Numbered from the whole stretch's first letter, positions 11,413-24,536 are shown. The stretch is DNA of 63,305 bases, filler included, from Folioceros fuciformis (GCA_049999805.1; 7 parts of 7 records of this genome joined end to end with filler, not necessarily neighbours in it); one strand, 5' to 3'. Numbers and translations are program-made. Notes: generated by a model not told the origin, from the sequence alone.

Positions 11413-14400
11413 ATGGACGACATCGTGCTGGAGAAGGTGGTGCTGCAGCAGGCTGCCATTTTCCTACAGGATCACCGCGACGCCCCCGCCTCCCTCCACC
11501 AGTCTTTCCCGCCTCACGTGGTCTGTCTGTCCTCCGATTCAATTCGATCTTTAGGTTCCTCATTCGATCCATCCAAACATGCCAGCCCTGCGATTTTCAG
11601 GCTCAATTCCCCATTCCCCAGCTGAAGCTTGTATAATTCCATTCAATTTCATCTCAATTGTCTCTCCTGCTCAGTCATGTCCAGCAGCCGTAGAATTCGC
11701 CTCTTGGGCAAGTCATTCTACTTGAAGATGCACGGCGGAGCATTAGAATTTTTGGTTTCCTGGGCCTGGTTTCGTGTGCGTGCTTGCTTCCAATCCAACT
11801 TAACTTCTTGGTTGGATGATCACATCATTCCTTGCGCAGTCTTTTGATCATGGATACTTCTTGACGGTGAAAGCAATTCAAGACCTGCGTGACAGAAAGG
11901 GAGGTTCAATATGCGTCGGCATCGGAGGGCCAAGTGGATCTGGGAAGTCCAGGTAGGATACTCCTGATTTGTTGGCGAGGTTTCTCAGGCTAATCAAACG
12001 TGTATGTGACATTTCTATTGCCTGGAGATTTCTGGGTTGCACAGTTTGGCTACGAAGATTGCGTCTGTCCTTGGAGGAGCTGTCATTGATATGGAGAATT
12101 ATCATGATCCTCTGTTGACGGAGGATGACAGCAATGCTGTGGAGTCAATCGATTTTGAGCTGCTTATTCAAAACATTCAGGTGATGTGATTCGAGGCCGT
12201 TGACTGTCAGTGGCAAGGCTTTTTGTACAATGGATGTCCTGACCTGCAGTTTTCCTGAAACAGGATCTGATGAACGGGAACAACGTCATGGCTCCACAAT
12301 TCGACTTCCAAGAGAAAAGACGTGCAGGCGTTGTGGCGTTGGCAGCCCCCAAATCTGGAGTGGTAGGAGTTGATTGCCAAGCTTCTTTGCCGTGTCAGCC
12401 TATTACCAAGTGTCATTCGTTAGTCTGATCCCTCTTGCTTGCAGGTACTTGTCGAAGGAACCTATGCACTACATTCGAAATTACGATCTTTGCTGGACAT
12501 CCGTGTGGCTGTTGTGAGTGCTTGTGCTTCATCTTATTTCCATTGAGGTGCAGCCAGACAATTCTGGCTGTTGCAGGACAAGCTAATTAGTAGCTCAAGT
12601 CTGTTTCAAGGTTACTTGTTTGACAACCTGATTTTATGCGAGTCCTTATCATGCTTCCTATGTTTCAAACATATACTGTTGGTTGTGCCCAAAAGTGTAA
12701 TAAGAGCATGAGGGTAATCCTCACAGCCTTGTGTTTATTTGTAGGTTGGAGGCATTCACTTCAATTTGCTGTCCAAAGTGCGCCGTGACATAGGCGAGAG
12801 ACTATCAATGGATCAGCTTATCGACAGCATATTCCCTATGTTTAGATCACATATTGAACCTGATCTGTATCATGCACAGGTGGTAATCAAAAGTTGAACT
12901 TGCAACCAGAGCATTACCTGATGCTCTAGTTGCTGATAAGTGATAACCGCTTTTGCAGATAAGAATCAGCAACAATGTTGTCTCTTTGTCCTTGCGAGAA
13001 CCTTACTACATTCTCAAGACTGAAAAACAGGTTCATTTTCTGCTGTGTAGTCACGCCCTGACTTCACCTTTTATCCATACCAGTGATGGGATTTATGTCC
13101 ATGGTGGTCGATCAGCTGTTAACTGCTTACTTCGTTGGCACAGCCCTTAAATGCAGCGTTGAAGCTCCTCTTCAGTTCCAGCAACGTTCGGCAAGAGCAG
13201 TAAGTTATGAGGTGCTCATCATCTGATATGCCATTGTAATTGTTCCAGGATCTTACGAGGATCTAGTTGTGTAGGAGGGTTTGTATCCAACCTCCAGTGG
13301 ATCGACTTGCTTGAATTAAGCTTAAGCTACTCTGACATGGTTTGATATCCAGGTACATTGAAATGTTCCTCAGTCCTCCGTCCGCCAGAGATTTTACGAA
13401 GACAAGCGACTGGATACGAATGCGTCAATGTGGCATCAGATATGATCTTGCTGAAGGAGATCAAAGGATTGTAGATAAGAACTTCATTATCAAACCCAGG
13501 GTTGAGTTTGAGGTAAGAATGAAATGATAACTCAGACCTGCAGTTGTCTGAGCATTGTGTACCACGTCAACCTTTCAAGTCTATTACTATCACTTTGTCA
13601 GTCGTTAGCGGAACGTGGGCATTTTCTGGATATTGCTGTGTGCTCTCCTGACAGAGCGATATGTTATGGCCTCTTCTAGGTTGGAAAGACAACTCTGGGC
13701 GGACTGCTTGCCTTGGGATATCAAATTGCTGTGAGCTACAAACGAGAATCAACAATCATTGACAATGGAAAAGTATCAATTTCAATTGAAACCATTGATG
13801 ATTTGGAAACTTCTTTTCTTCAAATTAAGGGTCTGGATCGCAAGGTACCTGTGCAGTGATTTTGACACCTCTCTTGACCGAGGGGTTGAAGCTGATGTGC
13901 AGTGTTCCAAAGTTTTGCTGACTTCAGCATTCATGGTGCACCATTTGAATGCTTCTCATGTGCATTGTGCAGGTGGTAGTGGCAGAGGCTGTAGCTTTGG
14001 GTGTGGATGGGCCATGGATAACTAGATCTTACATGGAAATGGTTCTCGAGAAAAAAGGTCAGAGGCTGTCCGGCTGTAGGTCATTGAAGCATTACTGTCA
14101 AAAGGATTCACAGTGGGTGACACTAGACTTTCTATTCCCAATCACTTGTCCATGAATCATTTTCTGTGCCTTGTTGGTGCCAGGTCTTCCACGATTGGAC
14201 TCACCACCCCTTCCGTCCTCAGCATTTGTTGCTTCAACATCCTCATCCGAAAGTTATGGCAATGTGTCAGAATCGGGAATCATATCCCCATCACCCGTTC
14301 GAGTTGTGAGACCGTCGCATTCCTTGAAGCCTCCCGACACTTTTGAAGCTTGGACAAGGTCTCCAACGAAGACAGATCTAGAACCTGTCATAGGATCATG

Positions 14401-17400
14401 GCATATTACAACCACCTCAGCAGCTGGCTCTTCGACTGTCAACCCAGTTATGACTTCACAAAAGGTCGTGGCAGGTCTGAGAACTGACCACCTTCTGTTA
14501 TTGATATGATCCTCGTCGTATTCTTGTGATGAAGTAAACATTGCTATGGTTTATAGGAGAAAGAGCCAAAACCTCAGAAGTTTATTGGGGAGATCCTGGA
14601 CCGAGTACTCAGGGATATCCGTCCAGTGGTCCAAAGGGCACCGTCAAGCTTCTTCCTATGACAGAATCCTTTGATTTTGACAGAGGGCTTCTTTTGGCTG
14701 TTCAAGCTGCACAAGTAAGCTCAGTTTTGGTTGGATGAAACAAGGTGCTCTCACTGGTGAAGTATGAAACTGCAGGATATCATGTGTGTAATTAAGAGGT
14801 CTAATCGTGATGTAGACCCTCATGACAAGATTGGTCAACCTGTGCAGATCCTCCTCAATGCAAAAGGACCACCTATCGTTCTTGGCATTGGTAGAGCTTA
14901 GAACCCTACCTCTTTGGATATTCTATCAGACCTCGTTTTGCATCTGTCAGTCCTTGTGGTTGTCTTACGTTTGATTCAATTGCACAGCTCAGGTATAGTG
15001 CTGTGAAGCAACAGCAGTAGTATGCTTAAAAACTTTTGAAGTAGTTCCTATGACTCTGCGTTTCCTGCTCTGGAGTGCAGTTCTGAAATTGGGCAGTGCA
15101 TTCTGGTAAAACTGTAGGTGGCCCAAGTGGATCTGGGAAGACAAGCTTGGCTCGGAAAATGGCCAATATTGTTGGTTGTGAGGTCATTTCTATGGAAAGT
15201 TATTATAAAGGAGATGAAATGAAGGATTCCAGCTATGATGATTTCTCTGCTCTCGATATACCACTTCTCCTTAGGGTAAAGTGTTTCATCTTGAGTTGGT
15301 ACATCTACATCAACTGGTACATCCTAACAGGTTTTCTCACTCCTCAGAACATTCGTGAAATGCGGGCATTGTCTCCAACAATGATACCATTGTTTAACTT
15401 CGAAATGAATAAGCGAAGTGGTTCTAAGGAGTTCAAGGTGGCACCAGATTGTGGGGTGGTATGTTGCTGTGCTCTGTTTTCAAGTTGCTTTTTGTCCATT
15501 TTAACTTGTATCCTGGATCTCATTTATCTGTTGTGCTTACTCTTACAGGTTATCCTGGAAGGTGTGTATGCCTTGCATCCAGATATTCGACCATCTCTCG
15601 ATGTCTGGATTGCCGTGGTGAGGCAGCTTTTGTCCCTAAGCTACGCCGGAAGGTCGTCTGCATAGACCTATAGCCATAACTGCTAACAATTTCCTCCTTT
15701 TTTAGATTGGAGGAGTTCATTCTCACCTAGTTGATAGAGTTCATCGGGATTTGGAGCGCTGTGGACAATCAACAACTCGACAGGAAGTGATGACAACTGT
15801 GTTTCCGATGTTTCAACAACATATCGAACCCCATCTTGCTCATGCGCATGTGTGTAATTTTCAATTACCAAGTTTTTTGCAGATGTGTGCTGTTGAATCT
15901 GACTAAGGCATTTTTGTGGAGTAATAAAGACCTCACTGTTTAAGTTTTGTATGTACAGCTGAAGATTTGCAACGACTTCGACCCAGTGCACTCTCTGGAG
16001 AGATCAATGTTTGTCCTGAAGAGTAGCAAGACGGTGAAGGCCCTTTTGTGTGTAGCATATATTGCATGCAATTTCCCCTAGCAAGGACTGTGCAACACTA
16101 TGTGAGTTAGGTCACTCACTTTTGACGTGGTGTGTCAAGGTCACGGCTGAGGATATCGTCAAAATTCTTGATCCTGACCGCAGAAGCAGGACGGTCCAAA
16201 ATTTTACAGACATTTACTTCCACCTTCCTGGCCTTCCATCGGTCAGCCAGTGCACAGAGAGCAACTGGATTCGTGTCAGGAACTGTGAAGGTCGATTCGC
16301 CTTGCTGATTAGGGAGGTGAATATCTGACGTCCTCTCTTTCCTAGCGTGCTCCAACTACTGATTTCTATGGACTACTGACATTTGCATGTGATTTAAATA
16401 GCCCATCAGGGAAGGAGATTTCATCATCCAGCCAAGAGTTGACTTTGATATCAGTGTGAGGACCGTGGCTGGTCTTTTAGCTCTTGGGTAATCTATAACG
16501 ACGTACTTGACCCGTTTGTATCTGGACCAGTGCTTTATGTCTTTACGACCGTAGATCATAACCAAAATTTGGATGGATCGGCGATGCAGCTATCAGGCGG
16601 TTGCCTACATTGAGGCGACAGCTACTATCTATCAAGATGACAAGGTAGGTCTTTGTACAATATCTTGCAAATGTGCCAAAAAAATGGTCGAAGTATCCTC
16701 AAAGCTTCAGATAAAGGTCTCATTTGAGAAGGTGCTGCTATCAGTTATTAGTCGAAGTGGATCACCTGAAGAACATATCGACACCGTACGTGCAAATAAA
16801 GGGCTCAAACAAGGAAGCTGTAGCTGCTGCAGGTCAAGCCTTGAATCTTGAAGGAAGCTATACAACAATGGTAGGCATTGTTGCTCAGAAAAAGCAAGAT
16901 GGAAATGTCTTTAGTGCTGATTTCTCGGCTGACTGTGACTGGTTCTGTCCACAGCCTTTCATTGACATAATTTTGGGCCGGGAAACGTCTCCTGGAGATG
17001 GCATTGGTTCTGTAAACGATCCACAAGCTGCAAGGTTGCAAGAGTTAGTGGAGTTCGTGCAATCTCAGGTATCCTATTCGCCTAGTGAAAGCAGCTTCTA
17101 ATGGGGCTGATCACATTAGACGATGTGGTAAAACCTTCATGAACCCGGCATGAGGTACATGTCTGGTGCTCGTTTATTAATGTTTTGTCTTTTTGTGAGT
17201 AACAGGGAGGGATTCCTGGTTCGTCTGCACTGGTTACAAGCCCTGTGCTGTCCCTCGAATGCGTGTTAGAGAGTCTCGAGATGAGAGTGAGGAAGTTGGA
17301 GAAGTTGCATCTCGTAAATTCCGTAAGTGCTTTGTGAGCCTTTTGTCCTCTGTTGGGAAGAGCCAAATGTAGCCTAGCCCTTGCTCAATGTGTTCACAAG

Positions 17401-17546
17401 AGGTGCTTGTTCGGGTTATGGTTCTGGTCATTTCGTGGTCTACGTCGATGCTGCTAACCTTCCTCTCGCAGGTGATATGGACGTTCATGTTGTCATCTCT
17501 CGTTGGGTATATGTTGTACCAAAGGTACCGAAGATTCAGCCTGTAG
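11413..17546 (+). CDS. Tandem uridine-kinase(P-loop)/CYTH triphosphate tunnel protein with C-terminal tail anchor (TTM-related, At2g01460-like), many exons
   Basis: Two GIGGPSGSGK[S/T]S P-loops (~11915 and ~14883/15118), two EG[T/V]YALH...DI.VAV motifs and two WIR.R...G/FIIxPRV.F CYTH segments. C-terminal IWTFMLSSLVGYMLYQRYRR; TAG ends at 17546. Confidence 0.9.
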
Positions 17547-18195
17547 GTGCCAACTCTCTCAATTGCGTGACTTTGACCATTTATCGACGTTCTCAAACTG
17601 GAATAGTCTTCCCATCTGACAACTGACTTCGACAGACGAGCTAGACTAGAAGTCTTGAGATTCTTGTGTACATACATTTTTCCTCTACTGTACTTGGAAA
17701 CGTGATTACCGAGGTACTGTAGGGCTCTGTAGTGGTAATAAAGGCTCCCTTGGGCATTGACATAATTGCTTGTACTTGTGGGTCAACATTCTCTGTCGGT
17801 CGACATGCTCTCCATGGTTGACCTGGACAAGTCACAGAGGGATCACCTTCGCCGAAAACGAGAAATTCCAGGAAGTAAGACTTGCAAGGTGGTGGAGCGC
17901 TCGTAAGGTTCCTGAAGACCCATCGGTACCTAGTGGGGAGTTCTTACTTGCCGAGCACCCTCATGAGTCACTCGTCGTCCATGGCACATTCCCTCAGACG
18001 TACGAAGCACACAGCCCGAGCCAACTTAAATCATGGAGCTTGCTTGCTACTAAACCTTGGTAACCAGCTAATTAAATATACTTACATTTATTTGTACTTG
18101 CAGGAGCATGCACCTGTTGAAATAGGCGCAGTGCTAGGCAGTACCGCAAGAGATGTGATGTGTGGCGTCGATCTTGATCTCGGAAACTAGCTTCT

Positions 18196-20445
18196 TCAGC
18201 ATGGAGTATAGTATATTCCGTCACTACCGCAATGCTCTGTATCCTCAACCACAAAACCATGTGCCAACCCATCCATGTCTGTCCACCAGCTCTGGCCCGG
18301 CTGCTTCCACGCCCCATTTCTCACTCTCCTTGCTTGCACCTCCTGTGCTTTCTCCCACATCCGGGCACCGGTGTAGATGTTCGACATCACCGCATATGTT
18401 GCAGCCCCTTGTTCGTCTAGCTTCAATGCTTCATCAAAAGCATAGCGTCCGACCTCCACATTGCTCCATTTCTGACAAGCGCCCAGTAGGCTACGCCAAA
18501 CTGCAACATCTGGGGGTACAGGCATTGACTTCGCGATTGCGAGTGCCTCGTCAAGTTCGCCTGCGCGGCCGAGGAGATCCACCATGCATGAGTAGTGCTG
18601 CACTGTGGGATCAATGCAATAGTGTCTGGTCATAACTTCGAAGCACTCCTTACCCTTATTGACTACACCAGCATGACTGCATACTGTTAATACACTAAGG
18701 AATGTGATGCCATCTGGCTGTATGCCATCCCCCGTCATTCTGTGAACCAAGTCAAAGACTACTTCAGTGTCTCCTTGGTAGGAGTAGCCTGAAATCAATG
18801 CATTCCATGTGACAATGTCCCTTGCAGGAAGGGCATTAAAGACCTTGTGTGCATCACACATGCTCCCGCACTTTGCATACATGTTGATTAAGCTGACGGC
18901 CAGAGACACGTCAGCTTGCAGCCCCTGTTCTTCGATCTCTGAATGCAGCTGCTTTCCTGGAAGTAATGCTGCTACATTTGAACATGCCTGAAGTAGGCAT
19001 AGAAATGTGACAACATCGGGTGGGACGACACTTTCTTTTCGCATGGCACTGTATACTCGCAGGGCTTCATGACCCTTCCCTTGCTGGGAATATCCTGCTA
19101 TCAGAGCAGTCCATGATACCACATCCTTACACTCAAGTTCATCAAACACTCCCTGGGCATCCTCTAGGCTACCACACTTTGCATACATGTTGATTAAGCT
19201 GTTGCCTACTGTCGCATCACTTTGAAGGCCTTGTCCTTCAATCTGCATGTGCAGCTCCTTCCCCACGTCTACGGCACTGACCCCCACACTTGCACAAGCC
19301 TGCAAGAGGCACACAAATGTCACTGACGTTGCTGCTATTGATCTCTCCCGCTGCATTGCACTGTAAAGGAGAAGAGCTTCATGACCCCTTCCCTGCTGCA
19401 CATATCCGGCGATCATGGTGTTCCAAGTCACTACATCTTTCTGATGAAGTCCGTCAAACACACTCCGAGCATCGTCCAGGCTGCCACACTTTGCATGCAT
19501 GTTTATCAAGTTGTTGCAAACAGTGACATCACGTTCAAGCCCTCGCCCTCTGATCTGTGCATGAACCTGCTTGCCGTTTTCTCTGGCCGTCAGTCCCACA
19601 CTCGCACATGCCTGCAGGGCGCACACAAATGTTACTGCATTAGGTGCAGGAATGCATTGCTCCTGCATAGCATTGAAGAGTTCAAGGGCTTCCTGACCCT
19701 TACCCTGCTGACAAAATCCTGAAATCATAGCATTCCACGTTACCACGTCCTTCTGACGAAGCCCATGAAATACTCTGTCAGCATCCTCCAAGCTGCCACA
19801 CTTGGCATACATGTCCACCAAGCAATTAGACACAAATAAGTCACCCTCGACCCCACTGGCCAACAAATCAGCATGCACCCGCTGCCCACTGCTCAAGTCC
19901 GCCGCTCTAGCACAAGCCTGTAGGGATGCGACAAACACATGGCCATCTGGCATCACGCTTGACTTGCGCATTTGATGGTACAGCTGCACGGCCTGCTCAG
20001 CTTCTCCCTGCCTCACATGCGCTGTAATTATGGACGACCACGTGAACGCATCTGGCTTGGCAACCACGGTGAACACATCCATCGCTTCTTGCAACCGGGC
20101 GTGAGAAGCATACATCCGCAAAATGTGGTTGCAAAAAAACGTGTCCGACCCAAATCCCCGCTTCACGGCAAGAACGTGTACCCGGCGACATAGAACCAAA
20201 TCCTTCTTCCTCACGCATGCTCCCAACACAGCACACAAGAGTGATTGAGAAATCCGACATTCTGTCCTCACAAGAACTCCCAGAGCCTCAACAGCCTCTG
20301 CGAGCCGCCCCTGCTGACAAAGCTTGCCCACGGTTTCAGCTGTCACCGACCTTTCAGGCACCCGAGGGTCACAACCATACTGCAGGCTAGAGTCGGGCTC
20401 ACCCAACTTCATGTCCAAAGGAAATAGCTCAGCATCCCCCCACAT
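18196..20445 (-). CDS. PLS-class PPR protein with E domain and WW-type PG box; DYW deaminase truncated
   Basis: 749-aa intronless ORF with repeated P-L-S triplets (DVVTWNAMISG..., NxLINMYAKCGSL.DA..VF), YSCMVDLLGRAG, an E motif and KQPGQSWWTDMDG..HGFVVED. No HSE or CxxCH. Confidence 0.95.
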   Translation of the reverse strand: MWGDAELFPLDMKLGEPDSSLQYGCDPRVPERSVTAETVGKLCQQGRLAEAVEALGVLVRTECRISQSLLCAVLGACVRKKDLVLCRRVHVLAVKRGFGSDTFFCNHILRMYASHARLQEAMDVFTVVAKPDAFTWSSIITAHVRQGEAEQAVQLYHQMRKSSVMPDGHVFVASLQACARAADLSSGQRVHADLLASGVEGDLFVSNCLVDMYAKCGSLEDADRVFHGLRQKDVVTWNAMISGFCQQGKGQEALELFNAMQEQCIPAPNAVTFVCALQACASVGLTARENGKQVHAQIRGRGLERDVTVCNNLINMHAKCGSLDDARSVFDGLHQKDVVTWNTMIAGYVQQGRGHEALLLYSAMQRERSIAATSVTFVCLLQACASVGVSAVDVGKELHMQIEGQGLQSDATVGNSLINMYAKCGSLEDAQGVFDELECKDVVSWTALIAGYSQQGKGHEALRVYSAMRKESVVPPDVVTFLCLLQACSNVAALLPGKQLHSEIEEQGLQADVSLAVSLINMYAKCGSMCDAHKVFNALPARDIVTWNALISGYSYQGDTEVVFDLVHRMTGDGIQPDGITFLSVLTVCSHAGVVNKGKECFEVMTRHYCIDPTVQHYSCMVDLLGRAGELDEALAIAKSMPVPPDVAVWRSLLGACQKWSNVEVGRYAFDEALKLDEQGAATYAVMSNIYTGARMWEKAQEVQARRVRNGAWKQPGQSWWTDMDGLAHGFVVEDTEHCGSDGIYYTPC

Positions 20446-21391
20446 CGGCTTGTACGCTGCCTCCTGGATGGAAGCAACTCTTATGCTGCGAATTACCCGA
20501 CAGGTCCTGGTCCAGAAGAAATCCTCTGCTGGTCCACAAGAGCTGCTGGCAGAGGAAGCCTGGCTTCCCCCTCTTCAACCCAAGTACAAGGCTCCTCACA
20601 GCCATGATTGGCGCAAGGCTGGAACCCGAATCCAGCTCTAGCCCGCACCAAATTTCCACTGTCCTTGCCAAGACTCTCGTTGGCAAGACTAGAAATTCTC
20701 GAAGAAAAAGCATGGCAAATGAATTGTAGTTTTTCAACTATAAGCGGGACGTACACCAAATGTCCAAGCGCGTAAGTCCATAAGTATTAGTATTTTCTCC
20801 AGTATATTTTCATCCTCTTATTTTAGACTCATTGGACTAAAGAAAGGATTTTTCAAGGTTGGGCTGTAGGTTAGGATTTTTCAAGGTTTATCAAAGAGTG
20901 CACTAAGGTCTATCATAAGAAGGGTGCTCTCCCTCTTTCGGTTTATGGTGGCCTTCTTTGGACAACTAGGGTCTTTTGACCAATATGGTTTTTAGAACAA
21001 GCACAGGGCACCAGTGGTAAGTAAGTTTTTGTTAGATAGCAGGTAGTTTATGAGATGATGTTCGAAGGGGCTAGTACCTTTTTTGACCCTGCTCAGATTA
21101 TTCCTCTAGAGTAAATGGGACTTTTCATCTTTAATAATAATAAAAACTCTCTTTATGGTAAATAGACAATGAGAACCATTCTGACCAAGCCTGCCTCTAG
21201 GTTGTTCAACAACACATCTCAATTAATACTTTAATTAATAAATTAAAATTATATTACAATAAAAGATGTATTTATATTAATATTTTATAATATATAATAA
21301 TCTCTCAAGAAAGGATAAAGGTTGTAGTATTAGTTCATAGAATTTTAATAGAAATAATGATATTATTAATCTAAAACTTATAAGCTTTTCA

Positions 21392-21925
21392 ATGGCATCA
21401 ATTTTATTTACGAATACCTTATTACTACTATCAATGCTATCATTTTACACCAGCAATGCAATTGTTTCCGAGAACCAATCTTCAAGAGACGAATCAATCT
21501 TCTTTCCACAAAGTGCAACAAACAAGGGGATATATATGTTACAAGAAGGAGACACTCTTGATGCATCAAGTGCCATAAGCAGTGTGAATGAGTTATACAA
21601 CTTTGCTTTCACTAAGCAATGTCAACTAGCCATATACAAAAATTGGATACCAATTTGGCGAGCAGAACTCGGCAGCAATTTCGATTGTGGTAAACTAACA
21701 TTGGAAAAGGATGGTGAACTCGTCCTTTACAGTTTTGACAGTGTAAGAGTATGGAGTAGTGGAGCTGTTCCACGCCCTTACGAATATAATCTCCAAGTTC
21801 AATATGTTTTACAAGTCATAGATGATGGTACAGCACAAATTTTGCAAAGTAGCATAACTGATAGCCAAGTGAATCATATCAAAACAGTGTGGTCTAGTGC
21901 AAATTTGTGTTGTGTTCTTTTCTGA
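21392..21925 (+). CDS. Secreted bulb-type (GNA/B-lectin) mannose-binding lectin-like protein
   Basis: Signal peptide, then L..GDTL....I.S.N..Y.F.F..QCQLAIY....PIW, C.KLTLEKDGELVLY....VWSS, YVLQVIDDG and a terminal VWSS. This is the B-lectin three-fold pattern. Intronless. Confidence 0.8.
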   Translation: MASILFTNTLLLLSMLSFYTSNAIVSENQSSRDESIFFPQSATNKGIYMLQEGDTLDASSAISSVNELYNFAFTKQCQLAIYKNWIPIWRAELGSNFDCGKLTLEKDGELVLYSFDSVRVWSSGAVPRPYEYNLQVQYVLQVIDDGTAQILQSSITDSQVNHIKTVWSSANLCCVLF

Positions 21926-24536
21926 TTTTATAAACACTTTATTTTTATGAGGACTTGAGAGGAAGATATTAAATAGGGGTTTCTTTACGAGTTAAGTTTT
22001 GAATGAACATACTTCAAATGCAAATTTGTAAACAAGAGGGCCAATAGATATATTTCTTCTTAATTATGACGTTAACTTACATCAATATTATACTTAAGAT
22101 NNNNNNNNNNNNNNNNNNNNNNNNNNNNNNNNNNNNNNNNNNNNTTAATTAATTAANNNNNNNNNNNNNNNNNNNNNNNNNNNNNNNNNNNNNNNNNNNN
22201 AGAACATCATATGTAAGTCTATAAATTCCTATATATTTTATTTTAAAAATATTATATAATTTATATAAGATGAGAATATACATAAATATTTAAAATAAAT
22301 TAATGTAATAAAAAGATAACTATATTTTAAAAAAAATCTTTAAGTTACTTATTTACAAATACAATTAAAATTACCTAGAGTTTAAAAATGATGGATATCT
22401 AGTCTCCTTCCGCTCTAGGTGCATGGCAAGTTGTAAGAGGATGTCCCAATTTACTGGATCACCGGAGTGATAACCTCGATCAACTCTTTGTAACAAATCC
22501 AGAAGGCCCCGCTCAGTTGGGACCAAAAACCGTGAAGATTGTAAAACTTCTGCCAACTTTCATTCAGTAAAATTTATTATTCTTGTCAAGGGAAAAGAAA
22601 GGTACATGGTGACTCCAAAAATTATATCCAACCACAAAAATTTAGAGAAAAAGAAAAAAAAGGGTGGATAGTTCTATCTTCTCCATCCTCTCAAGTTTAA
22701 CACGATGAAACNNNNNNNNNNNNNNNNNNNNNNNNNNNNNNNNNNNNNNNNNNNNNNNNNNNNNNNNNNNNNNNNNNNNNNNNNNNNNNNNNNNNNNNNN
22801 NNNNNNNNNNNCTATATAGGTCGAATTCCCTTCTAAGGTTACTCAAGTAGGCCACACAAACACACAAACTTAAGCATCCCGGCAAGATTTCCATTCCTTC
22901 TCAAGGTTGCTAAATGGGGTCCCCGCCTGATGTACGAGGGAATCCTAAGCAAAAGAAGAAATTGGATAGGTAAGCCGTTGCGGATCCCAAGATCTGCAGA
23001 ACTGTTGATATGCCCAGTTCCCTTTTACTTGTGGATGACAGGAAAGCATACATAACCACGCGTGAGGGAGGGAAGCTAACCAGAGATAGAGGAATTCCGT
23101 CCTTCTGCCCCGAGGTCTCCTTGAATGCGTAGTAGGTCATTTTAAGAGAAGAAACGTGATCGAATTTTGGCGGTAGAGCGGGAGCATTGATGCCTGTACN
23201 NNNNNNNNNNNNNNNNNNNNNNNNNNNNNNNNNNNNNNNNNNNNNNNNNNNNNNNNNNNNNNNNNNNNNNNNNNNNNNNNNNNNNNNNNNNNNNNNNNNC
23301 CTGTACCCCATTGACTCGGGAAAATGCTTTCTGCACTGTCAGTCCATGGTTTCCTATCACCGCTTCCACCTGTGTCACCAGGTACGAACGACATCGCGAG
23401 ATCACCTGGACAGCTTGTAGAGCACACCTCCTCCGCAGCTACTTTTGTAGCCGCTCCCTCCTCCTGGAGCGACACCTCCTTGTTTTGGGTTGCTTTCGAT
23501 CTATAAGTGGAAACCACATTCAGTCCTCGTTCATGGCTATCCATGACCTTCTCAATATTCCCCGGGAGGTCAGGTTTCTGCCATGCGTATCAGCCTCGCA
23601 TTTCGCCTCCCCTTCCTGTCTCACCCAATTCCCTCCGTAGTACTCCTCTTCCACCTGATCAGTCACTGCTGAACCCCCTCTTCCGTTTTCTGTTCACCTT
23701 CTCCTAGGAAAAATTTGCAATTTGTTTGCTCAGGGCCACACACATTCATATAGCGCCTCGGAAACATCCTTCGACGACTGCAATAGCAGCAGAAATTCGA
23801 GAAGATTCGATCCATTTCTTCGCCGGCATGGAAAATTTATGTGGCTAGATGCTGTACGGACAGTTAAACTTTTCACGGTTTCTACGACAACCAAAGTATT
23901 ACAGGTATTCCGCAACGTTGCGAAAAAATAGGAGTGAACTCTGAAGGCTTTTTTTTTTCATTGCGGTAGTAATAGGCTTGGAGGCCGCCAAGTTATTGTT
24001 TTCGCAAAAAAAAAAAGGTTATTCTTGTTCGTAGCGGAAAGAACCTTCAACCTATTCAAAACTGCTCAGTCTCTTCATGTTATGGAGACAAGAACGCTTA
24101 GGAACCCCATGTAAACTCGAACCTTTTATAGGTGTGGAAGACGTGGATGCTCCAATGAGTCTATGTTGTGTGTGATTGGTATAGCATTGGGAGGCTCCTC
24201 TATCGCAACCACGACCTCAGCCTCTACGTCTTCCTGTGAGCATGACATGTTGTTAGCAGGGACAAGAATCTTGTTACCAACTTGTCTCCTCATGTATTGC
24301 TTTGATTAACTTAGTGATATTTATGTCTAAAGTTTCATTTGAGTAATGTTTCCCAATATTTTTGCGAGCATTTCTCAAAATGTTTTGAGTTGTTACCAAT
24401 CATCTGTAAGAGGGTGGCAAGGAGGATAAGGAAACAACAAAACAATTTAATTCTTAAACCTTTGAATTACCTACCACCTTAAGTTGTTGTTGTGCCAAGT
24501 AGGAGACTACTAGATTTTGGGAAGGGGCAATGAAGT

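Noticed and set aside
17069-17078. GTATCCTATT donor as a U12 intron
   Set aside because: Deviates from GTATCCTT and no TCCTTAAC-like branch site is visible near the acceptor.
22900-23700. Possible coding or TE fragment
   Set aside because: Gapped, and no recognisable domain in any frame.
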